NCBI GenBank assembly: GCA_963702005.1
Contig: OY969696.1
Span: 2,976,001-3,040,000 of the forward strand
DNA from: Candidatus Aminicenantes bacterium
GTDB taxonomy: Bacteria; Acidobacteriota; Aminicenantia; Aminicenantales; JAFGBC01
DNA: 64,000 nt
Reading direction: 5' to 3'
The first letter of the stretch is position 1. Each line of letters begins with the position of its first letter. A model generated the notes under the pieces. The model was not told where the DNA came from, searched no databases, and saw nothing but the letters and a program-made list of their open reading frames with translations. Below, in pieces: positions 1 through 9,505 of this stretch. A program made the translations under genes and the position numbers.

Positions 1-2
1 GG

Positions 3-632
3 GGTATTCTCCTTGTCGCAGTTGTGGAACCAAGCCGCCAAGCCCTGCGAGGCGGCGAACAGATAGACATTCTGGGCGATGAGACCGGTGTCCGTAAAAT
101 AATAGGACTTCTGGACCTCCGGATCTCCGATCGACCGGTCCGGCTGCCCTTCCCCCACGACGTATCGGCCGGTATCCACGATATAGAAGATATTCAGGGG
201 AGCGCTCGGGGCGGAGCGCCGGCCGGCCCTGGCCCGAAAGTCGCCCGAGACGACGGGCAGCAGACGGTGAGGAACCGCTTCATAGAGGTAAACCCCTTGA
301 GGCAGGACGACGTAGAGGTCGATCTCTTGCGAGTTGCTGGCGGACGCGGCGGTTCGCCCCGGCTTTCCCATGAGTCCCGCCTCCGGGCGGTTCACCCCGA
401 ATGCCGCCCAGAGTAGATTCGAGAGCGTCTGGGGAGACAGCGGCTCGGGGCCGATCGTCCGGGTCGTCTTCCTGTCCTTCAGGGCGGCCAGCACGGACTT
501 GCCGCCGTCCGTCTCCGGTTCGGGAAGAGTGATAGGCTGCAGCTCCTGCGCGGACCCTAAGGCGGGGACATTGAGCTTGGCGATGGCCGGCAAAGCCGCC
601 ACCGCGCCCTTGACGAATGTCCGTCGTTTCAT
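3..632 (-). CDS. Nitroreductase/SagB-ThcOx-like flavoprotein with twin-arginine signal peptide (runs off the window start)
   Basis: Not in the ORF track. Manual translation from ATG at 632 gives MKRRTFVKGAVAALP...LKERKTTR...LSNLLWAAFGVNR...GRTAASASNSQEIDLYV...DTGLIAQNVYLFAASQGL. AGGAGG RBS upstream. Confidence 0.85.
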   Translation of the reverse strand, partial: MKRRTFVKGAVAALPAIAKLNVPALGSAQELQPITLPEPETDGGKSVLAALKDRKTTRTIGPEPLSPQTLSNLLWAAFGVNRPEAGLMGKPGRTAASASNSQEIDLYVVLPQGVYLYEAVPHRLLPVVSGDFRARAGRRSAPSAPLNIFYIVDTGRYVVGEGQPDRSIGDPEVQKSYYFTDTGLIAQNVYLFAASQGLAAWFHNCDKENT

Positions 633-662
633 CCGATCCTCCTTCATCCGATAGTCTCGCCG

Positions 663-3071
663 CTAAAAGCTCCCGGGCGCCGTGAGACCCCGGGCCAACA
701 GGGACAGAATTTCCAGAAGATAACGATCATAGTTAAACAGTATAAAACCGCCCGTTTTTTGCTTCCGCGTTTCAAGAATCTGGACGATGACCCGGTCGAC
801 CGGAAGCGATTCGCTCGAAGCCCCGATCCCGGGACGGACCGGCACCCGGCCGCCCACCTGATGGATTTGACGCCGGACGGATTCGGCGAAAGCGGTCGAA
901 TCCGATGTATAGTCCATGGGCAGGACAAAATCGAGGTAGCCCGCGCGGACCCAGCTCAGCCAGTCCTGGCCGACCGATTCCCGGCAGTCCGGATAATCCG
1001 AGAAAACGGCGGCCGAGATCCGGACGGCCGGCTTGATCGTCTTGACGCGATCGTGGACGTCCTTGACCAGCCGCGTGATCTGCAGGCAGCGCCAGTCCCG
1101 ATACTCCTGCCGGAGCGAGCCGCTATAACAGTCCATCGGCCAGTCGGAAACGGCCTTTCCACGGTAGGCTTCAAACCGCTTCCGGCATCCTCCGCAATAG
1201 CAGGTCGTATCGTCGGGATAGCGGATATAGTCAAAATGAATGCCGTCCACGTCATAATGGCTGACGACCTCGAGGAGCGAATCCCGTTCCAGGGCTTCGT
1301 TGAGGGGGTTCGAAGGGCAGAGCCAATCGACGTCGTTCCCGTAAGCATCGACTTGGGTCCGGTCGGCCGCTCTCATCTCGCGGATGAACGACGGCGGCGC
1401 CGAGAAAAGATTCCAGTCGACCTTCCAGACATGCATTTCCAGCCCGGCCGACCGGCAGGCGGCCAGACACTGGGCGACCTGGTCGCCATAACGGCGGAAT
1501 TCATCCGAGCGGGGAAGAAGCTTCGACGGATAGTGGGCTCGACCGCCGTCCAGCATGTTTGGAAAAACGGCGCCGAAGCCGCTCCCCTTCAACTCCCGAG
1601 CCGAGCGCGGCCAATCGCCCGGCCAGACGCCCGTGCCCGTATGATTCCAAACGGCGCGGAACTCCCCCGTCCGCGGGCGCTGGCAGAGAGCATAGGCTTT
1701 GACAAGAGCCTCATGCGCGGCGAAGGCCGGGGACAGCACGGCCGGGTAACGTTTCTGGGCAAAGGCCGTCTTCGCGGTCGTCCATGAATTCTCGGCCGCC
1801 GCGAGCGCGTCTGCCACGTCCTTGGGGTTGAGACTGGCCGGGCCGAGCTTTGCGATCCCGGCATACGCCTGCTCGAAGCTTTTATAAAGGGCGACTTCTC
1901 CCAAGACGTCCAGGACCCCACGGGCGATGCCCGGGGCGACTTCGGGCGCATCGTGCATGAGCAGGGCCAGGATCATCTGCTGCTTCCCGAGCGGATCGTC
2001 CGTCAACAGAACATGCGACATGTAAGAGCCGTGAGGGCCGTTCAGCAAAGCGGGATAATCCAGGATTTTTCCGCTGTCGTCCTCCCAGCGGGCCAGGACT
2101 TTCGTGGCCGACTGCGAGGACGCTACGATCATGAAATTCCAAGACGCCTGCAAAACGCGCTTGGGCATTCCCGGCAGTCTCATCGTGAATGACAGGGCGC
2201 TGACTTCGGTCTCGGTCCAATCCGTCTGGTCGACGCCGAGAAGGTCCGTGATCCGGTCATCGATGTCGTAGAAGGCCCAGACCTTTCCGCCTCCGGCGAT
2301 GAAGGTTCGGACGCGGTCGACCTCGCCGTCGGACAGGGCGCCGTTGTAGGGAAAGATAGCGAGCCGCGAACCGGCCAGACCGCCGGACTCGACATCCCCG
2401 TCGGAGATCTCGCCGAAAGAGACCTTGAACCGGGTCAGCCATTCCCGGAAAGGTCGGATGTACTCATCCCCCTCCTCATCCGATCCGCGGGCTCGCACGA
2501 TCGTTACGGACGGGCTGTAGGCCCAGAGACGGTCCGCATAGATCACGGTATCTTGCGAAGTCGAACGCCAGGGCGAGAGCCGAATCGCGTCGATCCGATC
2601 CCATCCGGCCGGATCATCTTCCGTGGCGAAATCGCCCTTCTGGAAAACGAGCGTGTTCCAGCCGGAGCCCCCGATGTCCTGACTCTCGGCGTACCAGCCG
2701 AATTGACTGTGAAAATAGAGGGTCACGACATCCACGGGTCCCGGGTTCGAACAATACAGGCGCAGCGCGAAGCACTGATAGCCGCTGAGGTCAAGCGACA
2801 CGGTCCGGTCCCAATAGCTGCGCTCGCGATCGGAGCCGGTGAAATCGCAGGGAAACACGCCGAGAAGCTGAGAGCCCCAGGGCCCGCTTTTCGCGATTTC
2901 GGTCTGCGGCGACCCCGGGCCGCTCTGCCAAGCGGCCCTGATCGCCGCCGCCGTCGGATAGCTGAAGGTATCTATCTCAAGGCCCAGGGAAGCGGCGGCC
3001 GAGATTAAAACGATCAGCAACCCGCCCAGCGGCGCCGCCCACGCCGGAAATCGATTCGATCCCTGAATCAT
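663..3071 (-). CDS. Secreted glycoside hydrolase-like protein with C-terminal GHL10 (YddW/DUF187-type) TIM barrel
   Basis: Signal peptide; motifs EFRAVW, GLEMHVW, WLCPSNP, YDVDGIHFDYIRYP, QDW..W...GYLDFVLPMDY. Confidence 0.75.
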   Translation of the reverse strand: MIQGSNRFPAWAAPLGGLLIVLISAAASLGLEIDTFSYPTAAAIRAAWQSGPGSPQTEIAKSGPWGSQLLGVFPCDFTGSDRERSYWDRTVSLDLSGYQCFALRLYCSNPGPVDVVTLYFHSQFGWYAESQDIGGSGWNTLVFQKGDFATEDDPAGWDRIDAIRLSPWRSTSQDTVIYADRLWAYSPSVTIVRARGSDEEGDEYIRPFREWLTRFKVSFGEISDGDVESGGLAGSRLAIFPYNGALSDGEVDRVRTFIAGGGKVWAFYDIDDRITDLLGVDQTDWTETEVSALSFTMRLPGMPKRVLQASWNFMIVASSQSATKVLARWEDDSGKILDYPALLNGPHGSYMSHVLLTDDPLGKQQMILALLMHDAPEVAPGIARGVLDVLGEVALYKSFEQAYAGIAKLGPASLNPKDVADALAAAENSWTTAKTAFAQKRYPAVLSPAFAAHEALVKAYALCQRPRTGEFRAVWNHTGTGVWPGDWPRSARELKGSGFGAVFPNMLDGGRAHYPSKLLPRSDEFRRYGDQVAQCLAACRSAGLEMHVWKVDWNLFSAPPSFIREMRAADRTQVDAYGNDVDWLCPSNPLNEALERDSLLEVVSHYDVDGIHFDYIRYPDDTTCYCGGCRKRFEAYRGKAVSDWPMDCYSGSLRQEYRDWRCLQITRLVKDVHDRVKTIKPAVRISAAVFSDYPDCRESVGQDWLSWVRAGYLDFVLPMDYTSDSTAFAESVRRQIHQVGGRVPVRPGIGASSESLPVDRVIVQILETRKQKTGGFILFNYDRYLLEILSLLARGLTAPGSF

Positions 3072-3085
3072 GCTGGCTTAATCCT

Positions 3086-3155
3086 GCCGTCGTTATGATG
3101 CCGCGCGGCTCTATTTTTTTATACAGGTTGCCCGTGAGCCTGTCAATCTCCCGAG
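3086..3155 (-). repeat. Diverged copy of the NtrC-family gene 3' end (repeat copy R1), containing a sigma70 promoter facing the GHL10 gene
   Basis: Ungapped similarity to 11178-11247; reads REIDRLTGNLYKKIEPRGIITTAG versus REIDTPRSNLYKKLDQYGIKITAG. Minus-strand TTGACA (3146-3141), 17 nt, TATAAA (3123-3118). Confidence 0.75.
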
Positions 3156-3216
3156 TTTTCTCACGGCGCCGGCCTGAATTGACAACCCTTTCTGTCTCGT
3201 TCTATCATCCGTTGGG

Positions 3217-3375
3217 ATGAAAAAAGGCCAAGCCGTCTTCCTTGTCGCCGCTCTTAGGATCTTGGCATCGCCGGGATTCGCTCATCTCACAATCGCCCGG
3301 GGTGGAAAAGCCCTGGCCGCGGTGGTTGTCGCCGAAAAGGCCTCCGAAACAGAGCGCCGGGCGGCCTGTCAATGA
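3217..3375 (+). pseudogene. 5' fragment (52 aa) of a paralog of the DUF4838-like gene at 4014
   Basis: MKKGQAVFLVAALRILASPGFAHLTIARGGKALAAVVVAEKASETERRAACQ* matches AQIVIARGGRAVAAVVVSENASATELQAA of the 4014 protein, then stops. Confidence 0.75.
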
Positions 3376-3376
3376 A

Positions 3377-3883
3377 TTATCGACTCGGCCTCGTGAATCC
3401 TACCGATAGGCCAGCCCAGATCTGGAAACCTTCATTGGGATGATAATAAGGAGTCAGGCCGAGACGAAACAGCAGGCCCCCTCGAGTCGTCAGGCGCAAT
3501 CCCAAAAAACTTCCCCAAGTCAACCGATGTCCTCTAAAATTCTCCATTAAAAAGTAGTCATCTCTGTAGACAATAACGGGACCGATACCGGCCTCGAAGC
3601 CGCGGTCGACAAACGAAACCATCATCAACAGGCTGCCCAATCCCCCGCCTGCTCGAAGACAGACCTGTTCGTTCATCATGTATTCCACATTAAAGCTGCC
3701 GTAGATCCCGGTTCCCAAGGCCTCGAAATAGACTCCGCCCGCACCCTTGCGGGATTGGGCCGCAAAGGTGGAAACCGAGAGCGCCGCCGTCAAGAAGAAA
3801 ATGAGCACGATCGGCTCCCCCGCGGATCCAAGCGAAAAGGTCTTGACTAGATTAAGTGCGCTTTTAGTCATAACTTCCCCCAA
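3377..3883 (-). CDS. Hypothetical secreted protein, possible small outer-membrane beta-barrel
   Basis: 168-aa ORF with a signal-like hydrophobic segment, alternating Gly/aromatic strands and WAGLSVGF near the C-terminus. Start uncertain. Confidence 0.55.
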   Translation of the reverse strand: MGEVMTKSALNLVKTFSLGSAGEPIVLIFFLTAALSVSTFAAQSRKGAGGVYFEALGTGIYGSFNVEYMMNEQVCLRAGGGLGSLLMMVSFVDRGFEAGIGPVIVYRDDYFLMENFRGHRLTWGSFLGLRLTTRGGLLFRLGLTPYYHPNEGFQIWAGLSVGFTRPSR

Positions 3884-4013
3884 ATATTTTTACTACGAAT
3901 CTTCCCCGTCAGTCAATTTTTTTTATCCGGCTGGCCGAGGCTTGCGAAGAAGGTATCTGCGCTTGTATTTAAAGCCGCATGGAAATATCATCGGTTACAG
4001 GTAGGAGAGAATC

Positions 4014-5807
4014 ATGGTCCCGATAAGATCCGTGAAAACGTTCGTGCTGGTGATCATCGCCGTATTGATCTTGACGACGGCCGGTGCGGCCCAGATCGTC
4101 ATCGCCCGGGGCGGCCGAGCCGTCGCCGCGGTGGTTGTTTCGGAAAACGCATCCGCGACGGAGCTTCAAGCGGCACGGGAGATCGCTTTTTTCCTCCACA
4201 TTGTGACCGGCGGCGACTTCGCGATCGTCAGCGCCGCCCCGCCGTCAAGGCCCAGGCTGCTCGTGGGAGAGGGCGCAGCCCGAATCGCCGACCCGGCCTT
4301 CGCGGCTGCGTCCCTGGCGCCGGAGGAAATCCTCATCCGTTCCGCCGGCGGCGATCTCATCCTCGCCGGCGGCAGCCCGCGCGGAACGCTCTATGCCGTC
4401 GAGACGTTCCTCGAAGACGTCGTCGGCTGTCGCTGGTGGACGTCGACGGCCAGCCATATCCCATGGAAGCCGACGCTGAATATCGGCCCCCTCTCCGTTC
4501 GCTATGCTCCGCCCCTCGAATACCGCGAACCCTTCTGGTACGTCGCCTTCGACGACATCTGGTCGGCCCGGAACAAGGCCAACGGCATTCGCTCCGGCGG
4601 AAACGACCTCTACGGCGGGAGGCATATTTACGAGGGCTTCGTCCACACCTTCTACCCGCTCATCCCCCCCGAGAAATACTTCAAGGACCACCCCGAATGG
4701 TTCGGCGAGATCAACGGGCGGCGAACGGGCGAGAACGCCCAGCTCTGCCTGACCAACGAGGAGATGAGGCGGGAGCTGGTCAGGAACCTCAAGGAGCGGC
4801 TGCGCCTCAATCCCAAAGCCACCATCGCCTCGGTCTCGCAGAACGACTGTTTCAATCCCTGCGCCTGCCCGCTCTGCCGGGCCGTGGATGAAGAGGAAGG
4901 GAGCCCGTCGGGCCTTCTCCTCCGCTTCGTCAACGCCGTCGCCGCGGACATCGAGGAGGAGTTTCCCGGCGTCGCGATCGACACCCTCGCCTATCAGTAC
5001 ACCCGTAAGCCGCCCAGGATCACCCGGCCGCGTCCCAACGTCATCGTCCGGCTCTGCAGCATCGAATGCTCCTTCAGCAGACCCCTCGACGACGAAACCA
5101 ACAAGGCATTTTACGACGACCTCAAAGGGTGGTCGGCGATCGCCGACCGGCTGTTTATCTGGGACTATACGACCGACTTCTCCCACTACATCCAACCCCA
5201 TCCCAACACCCGGGTCCTCGGCCCGAACATCAGGCTCTTCGTCCGGAACAAGGTCCGGGGGATCTTCGAGCAGGGCGCCTACCAATCCTGGGGGTCGGAG
5301 ATGGCCGAGCTTCGAGCTTGGATGCTGGCCAAGCTCCTCTGGAACCCGACGCTCGACCCCTCGAAGCTAAGAGGGGAATTCATCAAGGGGTATTACGGCC
5401 GGGCGGCCGGCCGCATTTCGGCTTACCTGGACCTCCTCGACGGGGCCGTCCAGGCCGCCGGGGATAACATGGGCTGCTACTCGCCGCCCGATGCCAAGTT
5501 CCTATCCCTGGACACTCTCGTCCGGTCCTGGGATATCCTGAAGGAAGCTGAGGGCAGCGTCCGGGGGACGATCGAATACGCCAGCCGTATCAGACGCGTT
5601 CAGATGCCCGTCGTCTATGTCGTCCTGGCCAAATGGGATGCCCTCCGCAAGGAGGCCCAAGACCGGAGACTGGCTTGGCCGTGGATGTCCGGGAGGGCGG
5701 AATGGCTCGACTGGTTCCTCAAGGCCGCCCGGGCCGAGGGCGTCACGATGATCTCCGAGTGGCAGACCTTGGACGACTGGGCAAGCAAGGGCGGCCAGGC
5801 CCGCTGA
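4014..5807 (+). CDS. DUF4838-like secreted protein with GH20/GH67-type N-terminal domain
   Basis: AGGAG RBS and signal peptide; motifs GGSPRGTLYAVETFLE..GCRWW, HPEWF, QLCLTN, SVSQND, C-x-C-xx-C, TLAYQYT, FIWDY. Confidence 0.75.
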   Translation: MVPIRSVKTFVLVIIAVLILTTAGAAQIVIARGGRAVAAVVVSENASATELQAAREIAFFLHIVTGGDFAIVSAAPPSRPRLLVGEGAARIADPAFAAASLAPEEILIRSAGGDLILAGGSPRGTLYAVETFLEDVVGCRWWTSTASHIPWKPTLNIGPLSVRYAPPLEYREPFWYVAFDDIWSARNKANGIRSGGNDLYGGRHIYEGFVHTFYPLIPPEKYFKDHPEWFGEINGRRTGENAQLCLTNEEMRRELVRNLKERLRLNPKATIASVSQNDCFNPCACPLCRAVDEEEGSPSGLLLRFVNAVAADIEEEFPGVAIDTLAYQYTRKPPRITRPRPNVIVRLCSIECSFSRPLDDETNKAFYDDLKGWSAIADRLFIWDYTTDFSHYIQPHPNTRVLGPNIRLFVRNKVRGIFEQGAYQSWGSEMAELRAWMLAKLLWNPTLDPSKLRGEFIKGYYGRAAGRISAYLDLLDGAVQAAGDNMGCYSPPDAKFLSLDTLVRSWDILKEAEGSVRGTIEYASRIRRVQMPVVYVVLAKWDALRKEAQDRRLAWPWMSGRAEWLDWFLKAARAEGVTMISEWQTLDDWASKGGQAR

Positions 5808-5827
5808 TTCTCAGGATCGGCCCGAAC

Positions 5828-6307
5828 TCATTCGCGCGGGTCCAGCAGCGCACAATCCCGTCGAACCCCGCGAATCGCGGTTAGAACAATGATTAAAAGG
5901 CCCCACCCAAAGTACAGAATGTGAAGAAAGGCCACTGACCGGAGCAGCGCCACCTCAACCGTGATCCAAACGATCAAGATCACGCCGGCCGCTAACGAAG
6001 CGGCCCAACTCCAGTGAACTCGCTTAAACGGATTAAGCGCTTCCGGCCAACGCCAGCGCGGCCTCTTCCATAGAGCATAGGCAACGGCCATAGGAAAGAT
6101 CCCGTTTAGGGAGAACAAAATAGCGCCCGGCATAAGAAAATTTCGGAAGGGGGAATATTTCAGCATGCTGATGGGCATCTTGAGCAAATGCCCATCAGGG
6201 GCAACCATCAACGCCCCGCCGCCCGCCAAGGCCCCCAAGCTTAAAAGAATCAGGAGAAGCATCAATAGCCGCACGACGGCGGGGCTGCGATCGCCGTCAT
6301 TTTTCAT
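5828..6307 (-). CDS. Hypothetical integral membrane protein (about 4 TM segments)
   Basis: 159-aa ORF with AAGGAG RBS and several hydrophobic helices. Confidence 0.7.
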   Translation of the reverse strand: MKNDGDRSPAVVRLLMLLLILLSLGALAGGGALMVAPDGHLLKMPISMLKYSPFRNFLMPGAILFSLNGIFPMAVAYALWKRPRWRWPEALNPFKRVHWSWAASLAAGVILIVWITVEVALLRSVAFLHILYFGWGLLIIVLTAIRGVRRDCALLDPRE

Positions 6308-6353
6308 TTCCGGACGCTCCTTATAACGGGAATTTTCTCCCTAAGAAAAAAAA

Positions 6354-6736
6354 CGGCTGGAGGGGGACATAAGCCGAATTCTGTTCCCGCGTGAACGGGG
6401 GCGGTTATTTATCTGGCCGGCCGGTTGCCCGGACGGTCCTGCGGCCTACCCACCCCTTCGGACGGGCCGTCCTCGAACGGGGTCTCTTTGGCCTTGCTCC
6501 GGATGGGGTTTGCCGTGCGCCCCGTGTCGCCACGAGGCCGGTGAGCTCTTACCTCGCCGTTTCACCCTTGCTCCTCCCGGGCCCGGAGGCCCGCGAGGGG
6601 CGGTCTGGTCTCTGTGGCACTTTCCCCCGGTCGCCCGGAGTCGCCGTTAGCGACCATCCTGCCCTATGGAGTTCGGACTTTCCTCCCCCTCCTCCTCAGT
6701 CGGAGGAAGGAGCAACCGCCTCGCCCACTCCAGCCG
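6354..6736 (-). ncRNA. rnpB: RNase P RNA (type A)
   Basis: Minus strand carries GAGGAAAGTCCG near the 5' end, AAAGTGCCACAGA, and GAACAGAATTCGGCTTA near the 3' end. P1 ends are complementary (CGGCTGGAG/CTCCAGCCG) and followed by a T run. Confidence 0.97.
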
Positions 6737-6762
6737 TTTAAAACTTACCAGTTCTTATTCTC

Positions 6763-6791
6763 TTTATACAGGTTACCGCACGACGTGTCAA
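6763..6791 (-). promoter_or_regulatory. Sigma70 promoter of rnpB (inside repeat copy R2, 6643-6793)
   Basis: TTGACA (6791-6786), 17 nt, TATAAA (6768-6763), just upstream of the rnpB 5' end. Confidence 0.8.
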
Positions 6792-6980
6792 TCGCCGCTG
6801 AGGGCTTCCTAGCGCGGACGGGATGGCGGGCATAATCCCTCAGGTCCGGCCGGCGTGCCGCTGATTGACTTCTATTTCCGGCTATGTTAGTTTTTTTTTA
6901 TGGGGGCAAATATCAAAGCTATCGGCTTTCGGTCGTTTTCTTATTTGATCCCCATCATTTCCATCTCCTACGGAGGCCCC

Positions 6981-9083
6981 ATGAAAAGAGCCATGGTCTT
7001 TTTCGGTTTGGCGTTGGCCGTCCTGGCGCCGGCATCATTTCCCTTCCCTCCAGGGCCTCCGTTCGATTCCCCTCAGGCCTATTCCTCGGTGCCCGATTTT
7101 GGGAGCATCCCCCTGCATTTCATCCCGAACAGCGGACTTTATGACGCCCCGGCCTTGTTCTATGCCAGGACATCCCGCTACACTCTGTGGCTGACGAAGA
7201 ACGGCCTGGTGTTTGACGTCATGAGCCGTCGGGCTTCCGGCGCCCCGGCCGAGAGGAGCGTCTCGAGGCTTGAATTCCGCGGGACGAACCCCGATCCGGA
7301 TGTCGTGGCCGCGGATCCCTCCGAATACAGGGTCAGCTATTTCGAGGGGAACGACCCCAGCCGCTGGCTAACGGGCATCCCAACCTCCTCGACGGTCGTC
7401 TATCGCGGGGTCTACCCTCGGATCGACCTTAAGATCTACGGAGTCGAGCGCGAAGTCGAGTACGACTGGGTCGTGAAGCCGGGCGGTGACCCGGCCCTCA
7501 TCCGATTCGTCTACGAGGACGCGCAGCGGACGGACATTGAAAAGGACGGGAGCCTTGTCGTTGAGGCGGGGCTCGGCGGCTTCAAACACGGCAAGCCCGT
7601 GGCCTATCAAATAATCGAGGGCCGCCGGAGGACGGTCGAGGCCGCCTTCATGAAGGCGGGAAAAAACGAATACGGAATCAAGCTCGGTTCCTACGATAAA
7701 TCCCTTGATTTGATTATCGACCCCTATATCATGGCCTATGCCAGCTACCTGGGGGGGTCGCTGACCGAGTCGGTCGGCGGACTGGTCGTCGACGGCGAGG
7801 GCGCCATCTATATCGCCGGTTATACCTCAAGCCCCAATTTTCCCGCTCCCTCCCGATCGGCCGCGGCCAGGAGCGACGAATTTGTCACGAAGATCTCTCC
7901 GGACGGCACCTCCCTTGTCTATACGGCGTTTTTAGGGATCGGAGCGATCGATAAATATTTCGAGCTGCCCGGGCTCGCCGTCGACGCGGCCGGAGCAGCC
8001 TATCTCGCCGGCATGACGGGATCTCCGAATTTTCCGGTCAAGAACGCGTTCCAGAAAAAATACGGCGGCGGACTCCATGACGGCTATGTGGCCAAGATCG
8101 CCCCCGACGGCAAAAGCCTCGTCTATTCGAGCTACCTGGGCGGGGACGGAGCGGACACCTGCCTGTCGATCGCCGTCGACGCCAAGGGCGCCGCTTATGT
8201 CACGGGCTATGGCGGGAGTTCGAACCTTCGCATGAAAAACCCCTTCCAAGAAAAGAATTCCGGCCTTAACGACGGCTTCGTCAGCAAGGTGGCCCCGAAC
8301 GGAAAGAGCCTGGTCTATTCCACCTATATCGGCGGCACGCTCGACGAGTGGACCCAGGGCATCGCCGTGGACAGCTTCGGCGCCGCCTATATCGCAGGGC
8401 TCACGGAAAGCCATGACTTTCCCTTGAAGAATCCCTATCAGAAGGCCAATAAGGGTTCGGGCGACCTCTTCATCACGAAATTCGCACCGGACGGCCAGAG
8501 CCTCGTCTTTTCCACCTTATTGGGCGGGCCGGGCTATGACGAGGTCTTGGTCATCGCCCTGGGCGCGGGCGGAACCGTCTATATCGCGGGGCATACCGAG
8601 GGCGCCTTCCCGCTGAAGAAACCCTTCCAGCCGGCCCGCAAAGGCCCGACGGACGCGATCGTGGCCGAACTCGCGGCGGACGGCCAAAGCCTTGTCTTCT
8701 CGACCTACCTGGGCGGCAGCGGGGAGGATTGGTGCAACGGGTTGGCCGTGGACCGCGACGGGGCGGTCCTTGTGACGGGGGAGACGGGAAGCTCCAATTT
8801 TCCCAAAAAGGACGCGTGCCAGCCGATCAAAAAGGGGGACTATGACGCCTTCGTGACGAAATTCTCGCCAACCGGCCAAAGCCTCCTGTTTTCGACATTT
8901 CTCGGCGGGTCCGGCTCGGATTTCGGCTTCCGGATCGCCGCCGGCGTGGGCGGAGAGATCTATGTCGCCGGCCGCACGAACAGTCTCGGCTTCCCCCTCC
9001 TCAAGCCCTATCAAAAGAAATATGGCGGCGGCGACTACGACCTGTTCCTCTCGAAATACGACTCAATTTCGCGGACGAGATGA
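6981..9083 (+). CDS. Secreted SBBP (seven-bladed beta-propeller) repeat protein
   Basis: GGAGG RBS before ATG 6981 (the ORF track starts at 6900); repeated units LVYSTYLGG...D....IAVD..GAAYIAG.T.S.NFP. Confidence 0.85.
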   Translation: MKRAMVFFGLALAVLAPASFPFPPGPPFDSPQAYSSVPDFGSIPLHFIPNSGLYDAPALFYARTSRYTLWLTKNGLVFDVMSRRASGAPAERSVSRLEFRGTNPDPDVVAADPSEYRVSYFEGNDPSRWLTGIPTSSTVVYRGVYPRIDLKIYGVEREVEYDWVVKPGGDPALIRFVYEDAQRTDIEKDGSLVVEAGLGGFKHGKPVAYQIIEGRRRTVEAAFMKAGKNEYGIKLGSYDKSLDLIIDPYIMAYASYLGGSLTESVGGLVVDGEGAIYIAGYTSSPNFPAPSRSAAARSDEFVTKISPDGTSLVYTAFLGIGAIDKYFELPGLAVDAAGAAYLAGMTGSPNFPVKNAFQKKYGGGLHDGYVAKIAPDGKSLVYSSYLGGDGADTCLSIAVDAKGAAYVTGYGGSSNLRMKNPFQEKNSGLNDGFVSKVAPNGKSLVYSTYIGGTLDEWTQGIAVDSFGAAYIAGLTESHDFPLKNPYQKANKGSGDLFITKFAPDGQSLVFSTLLGGPGYDEVLVIALGAGGTVYIAGHTEGAFPLKKPFQPARKGPTDAIVAELAADGQSLVFSTYLGGSGEDWCNGLAVDRDGAVLVTGETGSSNFPKKDACQPIKKGDYDAFVTKFSPTGQSLLFSTFLGGSGSDFGFRIAAGVGGEIYVAGRTNSLGFPLLKPYQKKYGGGDYDLFLSKYDSISRTR

Positions 9084-9111
9084 CATGATTAGACGCCCGA
9101 AAGGGCCTTCC

Positions 9112-9257
9112 GTCGTCAGCGGCCCTCCCGCCCGGGGGAGCCGGGGCTCTCCTCCTCGTCCGAGGCGGGACCGCCCGCCTCTCCCATTCCAACCGTTATA
9201 CTAATTCCTTACGGCCCTCATTTCTCATACAAGTTACGGCGCGGCCTGTCAATCTCT
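9112..9257 (-). repeat. Decayed copy of the NtrC-gene 3' end plus rnpB 5' end (repeat copy R3)
   Basis: Minus strand reads IDRPRRNLYEK*GP*GISITVGMGEA (compare IDTPRSNLYKKLDQYGIKITAGVGEA), then GGAGGAGAGCCCCGGCTCC...GGGCGGGAGGGCCGCTGACG, which resembles rnpB GGAGGAAAGTCCGAACTCC...GGGCAGGATGGTCGCTAACG. Confidence 0.8.
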
Positions 9258-9505
9258 CTCATTGACCCGTTCGCCGACGCCACCCAGCCTTGCAGTACTC
9301 ATGAACCGGGAACGGTTCGTGGGTGCCGCCCTGAAAGGCTGCACTCATGGCTTCCATAAGTGTCGAAGGGTTGACTCTCCACCCTGATCGGCATTATATT
9401 TTATTAATAAATGCCCGAAGGCGGCGATCTTACAGCCAATCGAGCGGGGCAGTGGGCCGTGGTTGAAGACTTTTCCTTGCCCGGCCCGGATGGAGAAAGA
9501 CGGCC

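Noticed and set aside
9296-9350. Two adjacent hairpins upstream of the PAS kinase as a possible riboswitch
   Set aside because: No match to riboswitch consensus motifs I recognise; may be a REP-like remnant; single copy and too little evidence.
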